A stretch of 64,000 bases of DNA from the human T2T-CHM13v2.0 reference genome, Homo sapiens, in the NCBI RefSeq assembly GCF_009914755.1, contig NC_060930.1; one strand, written 5' to 3'. The notes beneath the pieces were generated by a model. The model was not told the DNA's origin. It was given only the letters and a program-made list of their open reading frames with translations, and did no database searches. Each line of letters opens with the position of its first letter. The stretch's first letter is position 1. The position numbers and the translations under genes are program-made. Of the stretch, positions 55,675 through 64,000 are shown piece by piece.

Positions 55675-56305
55675 TGTTGATGAAAAGAATCAAACTCTGT
55701 AAAATATTCGAAGATATGTGTTCTGAGCCAAATATGAATGATCATGTCCTATGACACAGCCCTCAGGAGATCCTGAGAACATGTGCCCCAGGTGGTCAAG
55801 GCACAGCTTGGTTTTATACATTTTAGGGAGACATGAGACATCAATCTAATACATTGAAGCTATACAATGGTTCAGTCCAGAAAGGCAGGACAACTCAAAG
55901 TTGGGGTGGGGGGGAGGAGGGGTGGAGCTTCCAGGTTACAGGTAGATTTAAAATTTTTCTGGTTGACAATTGAGTTTATCTAAAGACCTGGGATCAATAG
56001 AAAAGAAATGTCTGGGTTATGATGAAAAGTTGTGGAGACCATAATTTTATCATACAGATGAAGCCTCTGGGTAGCAGAGAATAGATTGTAAATGTTTCTT
56101 ATCAGCTTTAAGTTCTGTGTTGATGTTAATGCTGGTCAGCTTTTCCTGAATTCCAAAAGGGAGGAGAGTTTAATGAGGCAGGTCTGACACCCCCTTCCCA
56201 TCATGGCCTGAACTAGTTTTTCAGGTTAACTTTGGAATGCCCTTGGCTAAGAGGAGGGGTCTGTTCAGATGGTTAGGGGGCTTAGAATTTTATTTTTGAT
56301 TTACA
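55675..56305 (-). mobile_element. ERV1 solo LTR, MER4 family
   Basis: Minus strand begins TGTAAATCAAAAATAAAATTCTAAGCCCC...GGGCATTCCAAAGTTAACCTGAAAAACTAGTTCAGGCCATGATGGGAAG. Confidence 0.85.
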
Positions 56306-56431
56306 ACACCCAGGAGTCTAGTTTGAGTGGCTCATCTCCTAGGCATAAAAGAAAGTTCCTATGCATTGAGTTTAAGCTTCAGAAGATAGAAATCTAGACA
56401 CTGCCTGGAGAAACAGATACAGAAATAACTA

Positions 56432-57247
56432 TGATATTTCCCTGACCCCTTAATGGGCGGAAACTGGAGTGCAGGGGCGCTGGAACTAGCCAGCCACTTC
56501 AGCACCAGCAGGGGTGAATTCCACTCACTCATGGGATGGGGAGCACACAGGTGAGCAGGTGCAGGAGGTGGGGCAAGTGCTTTTAGGCACTAGCAGGAGC
56601 AAAACTCTGTGCAGGTCCCGAGGCAGCATCTGGCACCTGCGACCTCTGAAGGCCCAGAAGGAGTGTTACAGTGCCCTTTTAGCTTTGCCATCTGCAGACA
56701 GCTTAAGTGTTAATAGCTCAGTGGAGCATCAGCACGATAGCCTTTTGCAACCACACTCATGGCACCCAAGTTCTTGTCCGGCATCCAGGAGGAACGAGGT
56801 TGCACAAACAAGTTGAAGATGGTAAATGCAGGGGACTTTATTGCCAATGAACGTGGCTCTCAGCAGGAAGGGGAGCCAAAGAGGGGATGGAGCAGGAAGG
56901 TAATCTTCCCCTGAAGTCTAGCTATCCCCAGTCAGACTCCTCTCTGAAGCTATGCCATCAAGCTGTCCCTCTGAAGTCAAGCTGCTTCTCTCCAACTTCC
57001 AACCATAGTCCTCGTTGTCCAGCTGCTTCTCCTTTCTCTGCTGGCCAAGCCTGGGGTTTTTATGGGCACAGAATGAGGGGCAGGGTGGGTTATGGGTGGT
57101 TTTGGAAAGGGCAACATTTGAGCAGGAAAGCAGGGATGTAAGTTCTCACTTTGGGCTGCAGTATCAAGAGTTTCAGCTTGAGAGTGGGGACCTACCCAGG
57201 GAACTGCCCTCTTCTGCGCAGAATTTCCCTGCTTCCTGTTCCTATCA
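56432..57247 (-). mobile_element. ERV1 solo LTR (LTR27/LTR28/MER52 group)
   Basis: Minus strand begins TGATAGGAACAGGAAGCAGGGAAATTCTG..AGAAGAGGGC; internal AATAAA and 'ttaacacttaagctgtctgc'; ends in CA. Confidence 0.75.
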
Positions 57248-58424
57248 ACAGTAACTAGGTGTCAACTTACTAATTTAGCCACCCAGTGGCTGTCCCAAGA
57301 GCCCTCTAAATCTGCAATCACTGGAAGGCCTCACTGAAAAGTCTTCCTTTCTTCTGTGATTAAGGGCCTGATATTTTAACTTTTAGAATAACTTATTATG
57401 CAAATAGTGACCAATTGACATCAGTGGAGCAGAGTTGCCTTTATGAGTCAGAGTAGAGACAAGAGAGAGGTCTGTTTTCTCTCTTGATTAAATCAGCCCC
57501 AACGGAACAGCCCTGATTTAAACAGAAAAACATTTTTAAAGTAGTGATCTGTTTAACTTTTGTGGTGAGCTCCCTCTGGAGAAATATCTAGATGTAGAGG
57601 AGAAATATTTCCTTATTATACTTAGTTTTAAAAAGTCACTTTTTCTTTGACCTTAATGCCATGAGATTTGGATCCTTTTCAGTCTCGGCAGAAGAGAAGT
57701 GGGTTAAAGACTCCACCACCCGAAGGCAGCTTCTCTTCTTTTTACCTATAAGTAAACCATGAAATCAGAATCTCCCAGAACTTCAGAGCCAATGAGACCT
57801 CAGACATCACTGCCCCATACCTTCGTTTCATGGTAGAGGGAACAGAGCCTCAGGAGGAGAAATGTCTTGTCAACAGCCACAAAGCTAGTTAGTTCCTAAG
57901 GCATTATTAATAGTTCTGACTCATAGCTCAGGGCTCTTTCCATATTCACAAACCATTGCAAACCAGACTTCCCAGTTATAAAATATATGTGTTTTTCACC
58001 AATGTTTTAAACATTGTATTTTATGTGTGAGCAACCAGCATAACAAAGACCATCTTTTAAAACTTGTGCTATGAAACCAGAGATTCTCAAAAGTTTCATG
58101 CAGCTTGTTCCCAAAGGGACATCTGATTAGAGGAACATCTATTCTTATACATTTTTAGGATGGAGGAGGAAGCAATTGAAGGGAGATAAAGAAAGGAACA
58201 ATAAGGGGTCTTTTCTCCTTGACATCTCTGCCAAGGCACCTTGACTCATGAGAGTGTCCAGCCTACTTGAGGAAAATTGTCCAAGAAGTCTAAAGGTTTC
58301 TTCCTTATGAGGTTAATTCAATTCACTTTTTAAAAATGTAGTAGGCACTGGGCATACAAAGATGAATGATACCCTTTATCCTGGGAGCTTAAAATCCAAT
58401 GGAGAATGTAGAAGATACACAATA

Positions 58425-59048
<624 letters not shown>

Positions 59049-60062
59049 TCACTATACTACCAGATACAATGTGATTGGTGTCAGAGCAGCAGCAGTAAGT
59101 CATTTAGGCACCCAGAAGATGGAGAACCAATTCTGACAGGAGGAGGAAACTCAAGGCAGGTTTGGGGAGGAGGTGGCGTTTGAGCGATACTTTGAAAGAT
59201 GGGGAATGAATCCAGGAGTGGAGAGGAGTGAAGAGAAGGGCATTCTTGGCCAAAGACACACAAGAGCAAAGGCTGTGAGGGAAGACGACATACCGTTATG
59301 AATGGGATGAAAGAAGGAGGGAAGGTTGGGAACAGAGGGTGCAGCCTGTTCCCAAAGGCAGGCCTGAGGGGAGGCCACTGCTGGAGGAAGCACAGCCTTT
59401 CTAGTTGCAGTAAAGAAAGAGAAGCTAGCCTTGGCATCGTGGGCCTCCTTCACCACTTGGGTGCCCTTCCTCTTCAGGAGACCACAGTTCTCAGGCTTCC
59501 TCCCTTCACCACAGCTGGCTTGAGCAGGAAGTATGGTAGATACTCATTCATACCACAGGGTGTTGCCATGGAAATGGATCAAAGTAAGGTGATATCCGAA
59601 GAGAACAGTAGCTGCCACTTAGAGCCTCAGAGAGGGGAGAAAGCCTTAATGGAGACTTCACACTCTAAGGTGTGGTCCAGAGTGTGCCTACGACCCAAGG
59701 CACCAAGACAAGACCTATCACCAGGAACTACCTCGCGAACTAAGCAAAATCTCAACAGAACAATGTACACCCACATCCGAAAGAAAATATGCTGGCGTGT
59801 AAAAAAGGAAGAAAAACTACCAAGAAAAATTAAACATTTCAGTTAACTGGCCAACGTATTTTAAAATGAAACAAACTTTTAAAAATACAAAAATATAAGC
59901 ATTTATTGAGTGCTTACTATACACCAGACTTTGTGCTAAAGGTTTTTGAGGCATTATCTCCCACACACCTGGAAGTCCAAATCACAATCCAAAATGTGCT
60001 TAGTGAGAGTGGAATCTGAACCAAGTCTAGTTGTTGGATGCTGATGGTTCTTGTCATTGACT

Positions 60063-60157
60063 TAGGGTAACCAGTTTGTCCTGGTCTGCCCAAGACTTTC
60101 CTAGTCATTCCAGGAAACCCCTCAGTCCTAGGCAAACTGGGACAATTGATCACTCTA
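60063..60157. mobile_element. Small hAT-Blackjack MITE (MER81/MER94-like)
   Basis: Imperfect TIRs tagggtaacca...tgatcactcta with an internal palindromic body. Confidence 0.7.
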
Positions 60158-62380
60158 CATCAAGTTATAATGGCCCAAAGTTTCCTTCTCCTCTTTTTAG
60201 GGCTTACTTGTGGAGAGGACTGCACATTTGTCTCACTGGGACATCTCTCCTGGATAGCATTGGATGAACATTGCCAAATTCCCATGTTTATATCTTACAG
60301 TGCTTTCCAATTTTCCCATGCTTCTTTTCTATATCTAATGCCATAGATTCATCTCAAGATGGTGAAGCAGAACTACAGACTGGCTTGCCCAATTCCGTTC
60401 CCTCTTCTCGTGCGTCTTCCTGCCCTGTAGTAGGGGAAACTCATTCTCCACACTCACTTGCAGCTCGAGCTCCTCATGTGACTTAGGCACTGCTAAGCAG
60501 ATGCAGTGATGTGAGTCTTGGAAGGAGCGAGTGAGAAAAGTCAGCTGTTGGCCTTGTGCAGGGAGAGGGGACCTTCTGACAAGCATAGTGGCAATAGCCA
60601 GCAGGGGCAGGGCAGCTACGGACCCAGAAGCTTCCTGATCATGGCAGAGGCCTGGTGCTTCCGGGGCCCTGCTGGCAACAGCTCCCTTAGTAGACCGGTT
60701 CTTTTGAGAGGTTCAGTCTAGATTGTGTACCTTCAACCCTCCCAATGATTTTTTGGAGCTATTAGTAGCCCTTTATACCTCTCCTTTTGCATACACTAGC
60801 CAGAGGATTCTGTAATTTACAACAAAAATCACAGCCTCACACAGATGGATCCTATACATAGGATGCCATCATCAACAGCCTAATAATGGCTTCCTGGAAT
60901 GCTGCCTTGAAAGGAATTCTGAGACCTCATCCAGGCTTAGTGAGAAAGACTGCTCTGATGCGTTAGGACCTCTTTTATGGTCCCAGAGAGAGAAGAATTG
61001 CATTTGCATCAGACTTTTGCCATCTGTGGTTGAGACTATTGACAAAATCACTTATTTTTTCTTTTGTTTTACAACCATACTGTCATTTTAAGATGCTCTC
61101 TGCTAAGGTGTTGATAATTCTGGAAATCAGAAATTTTAGACATATTTCTTTAACCTTAATTTTAGAAATATAAACTACAATTGTCTTTGATATGAAGAAC
61201 TGAATAATTGTTGATGTAAATTCTTGAAGAATGTAAATGCTCTGTTGAAAATTTATTGCTTAGTAAAAATAAAGATGATTAAAAGATATTTTACATTCTA
61301 GTGTTACATATTCACTATTACGTATCTACACATTACAGTATGTGTATATTATATTCAAAGAGTATTATAAGCAAAGTGACTAGGCAGAAGGAATGAAGAT
61401 CTTACTCAAGTTTAAATCTATATATCCTATTTCCTATAATCATGATTACAACTTCCCTTTAATATTCAATAGTTTGAGAATGAAATTTTGCTTAGTCCTC
61501 TATAGAAATTGTAATATGTGTTTGTAAAAGGAAAGTATGTTTGTTCAATTGGCTGTAGAATATGAGTATTATAGGAAACTAAATCTTCTCACTTAAACTC
61601 CAGATGAGTTTGCGATCAGCCTTTTGGTATTTTCTACTCTACACATTGTTCACGTTTTCTTGTTAGAGAACACTTTGGCTGGACTTTCTTAAAGTTGTAA
61701 AAAGAAAATAAAGCCACCATGACATAATTTAAATACAACACAAAGCATGATTTCTTGAACAATTCTTAGAATCTGCGGTTCCTCATTGTACCACCCACAC
61801 TAAAAAGGCTTGTCTCTCTTGAGAGAATTTTCTCTCTTGGAGGGATTTTGACTTTCACCTTCACAGGGCGAAAGGGTGAGGCTGTAGCAGAGATGCGATG
61901 GGCTGCTGGTGTCACAAGGCCCAGGCATTGCTTGTTCTGACCCTAGAGCCTAACCTGGGTGAAACCCTTGTGCATCAAACCTGGGGCGTGGGAGTGGAAA
62001 AGGAAACTCATGAAGTTGGAAAGAACTGAAAACAAATTTCCATTTCTTTCTCATTTCATCAGAAATGGTGTCCTCACTAAGGGTCTTTTAGTTGCAAGCA
62101 AGACAAATCCACTGCAACTATAAACGGATTTTTTTAGGTGGGGGGATGAAAAGGTAACAAAAGGTAAACAGATTAAGAAGAAAGAAATAATATTGCCTTT
62201 ATTTGCACATAATGTGATTGTCTATGTAGAAAATCCAAAAGAATTAACTAAGAAAACTCCTGGAACTAATAAGCAGTTACAGCAGGGACACAGGATACAA
62301 GATTATTACACAAAAGTCAATCACTTCCTTATATACCAGAAATGACCAAGTAGAAACTGACATTAAAAAAAAAACATCAG

Positions 62381-62998
<618 letters not shown>

Positions 62999-63865
62999 CC
63001 CCACATTATCATTTACCCAAAAACAACAACAACAACAACAACAAAAATGAGTAGGCATATTACAACAAGGCAAACGTTTAGACAGCTATCTGCGGATGTT
63101 GATGGCCACTGGGAACCCAGGCAGCAATCTGTCAAACTTTGCCAGGCCTTCTCCTGCTCTCAGGAGCCATGAAGTCTAACCTGGGCTTCTGAGCACTCAG
63201 CTGTCTTCCTGGCTTTGTGGGCAGCACACAGCTCTGGAGTTAAACCAGAGGACTAACTCCTGAGCACACCCTTTAAAATTGTGTGACCTTAGATAATTTG
63301 CTAAACGACTTTAGGCCTGAGTGTCCTGGACCTTGGATAAGAATAACTATAGTTCATATCACATAGGATTGTGATGAGAATCAAATGAGCTCTTCTGTGT
63401 GAAAACAGGGCCTGCTGCATAGCCAGCACTGAATAATCATTAGCTACTGATCTGGTTATACACTCTTTTTGCTCTCTGGGGCTTCGTTTGCTCTGTTTCA
63501 CTGGATGTCCAAGCCTGGCCACCTTACAATGGTGACCTTAGTTTCTAAGTCCACACCACCCCAGTCCAAGCCAATAGCCAGATGGAATGTGATTTTCTTG
63601 GTCTGCAAACCAAATTCTCAGGAGGAAGAATCTCCTTGGCTCAACTGTGGTCATGGAGGCAAATGAACTCAGCTGCGGAGGGTTGAATTGTGTGTGTGTG
63701 TGGAAAGGGGAGGGGTGTGGTGGCGAGGGGTAGCAGGTGGAGGCGATAGTTGTAGTCCTCAAAGAAAGAAAGGATATCTTTATGGGCTGGTTAATTATCC
63801 CAAAATAGGTAAGCCCAGCAACCCTGCATTTTGTAGTCTTCTGTGATATGTCTTTGATAAGCACT

Positions 63866-64000
63866 TGTGATGGTAAATTTTAAGCCTAACTTGACTGGAC
63901 TCAGGGATGCCCAGATAGCTGGGAAAACATCATTTCTGGGTGTGTCTGTGAGGATGTTTTCAGAAGAGATTAGCATTTAAGTCAATAGACTGAGTAAAGA
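63866..64000 (+). mobile_element. ERVL LTR (MLT2B/C-like), runs off the window end
   Basis: 'tgtgatggtaaatttt...aacttgactgg...ggatgcccagatagctgg...tttctgggtgtgtctgtgagg...gagattagcattt'. Confidence 0.85.

Noticed and set aside
59298-59846. Longest ORF in the track (182 aa)
   Set aside because: It has no recognisable domain or similarity and no convincing splice or promoter context, and its length is compatible with chance. BLASTP/PhyloCSF would settle it.

Overview
This is primate, almost certainly human, genomic DNA, not prokaryotic. There is no operon, CRISPR array or intact multi-exon gene, and a large part of the window is fossil repeats: about 20 Alus, L1s (including a 5.4-kb old L1PA with a perfect TSD), L2/MIR, ERV1/ERVL/MaLR solo LTRs and hAT/Tigger DNA transposon relics. 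The two clear gene-derived features are a full-length processed ASS1 pseudogene (26192-27779, minus) and a 7SL retrocopy (33849-34477, minus). A 76-nt minus-strand coding first exon (45033-45108, MVLPSRLHWIRNRPWRDRIRRRQLN) matches my recollection of the distal first exon of RIPOR2/FAM65B. From memory, this would place the window at 6p22.3 with ASS1P1 inside that first intron; I have not verified this by alignment. Nearly all ORFs in the supplied track are repeat-derived or chance ORFs. I see no convincing previously undescribed biological system. The best leads are the Arg/Trp-rich N-terminal extension with its uORF, a possible plus-strand (antisense) spliced exon chain, an RFX/FOXO/GATA motif cluster, a STAT/AP-1-rich LTR, an overlapping double palindrome and several unusual retroposition structures. 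Repeat subfamily names are by eye and approximate.
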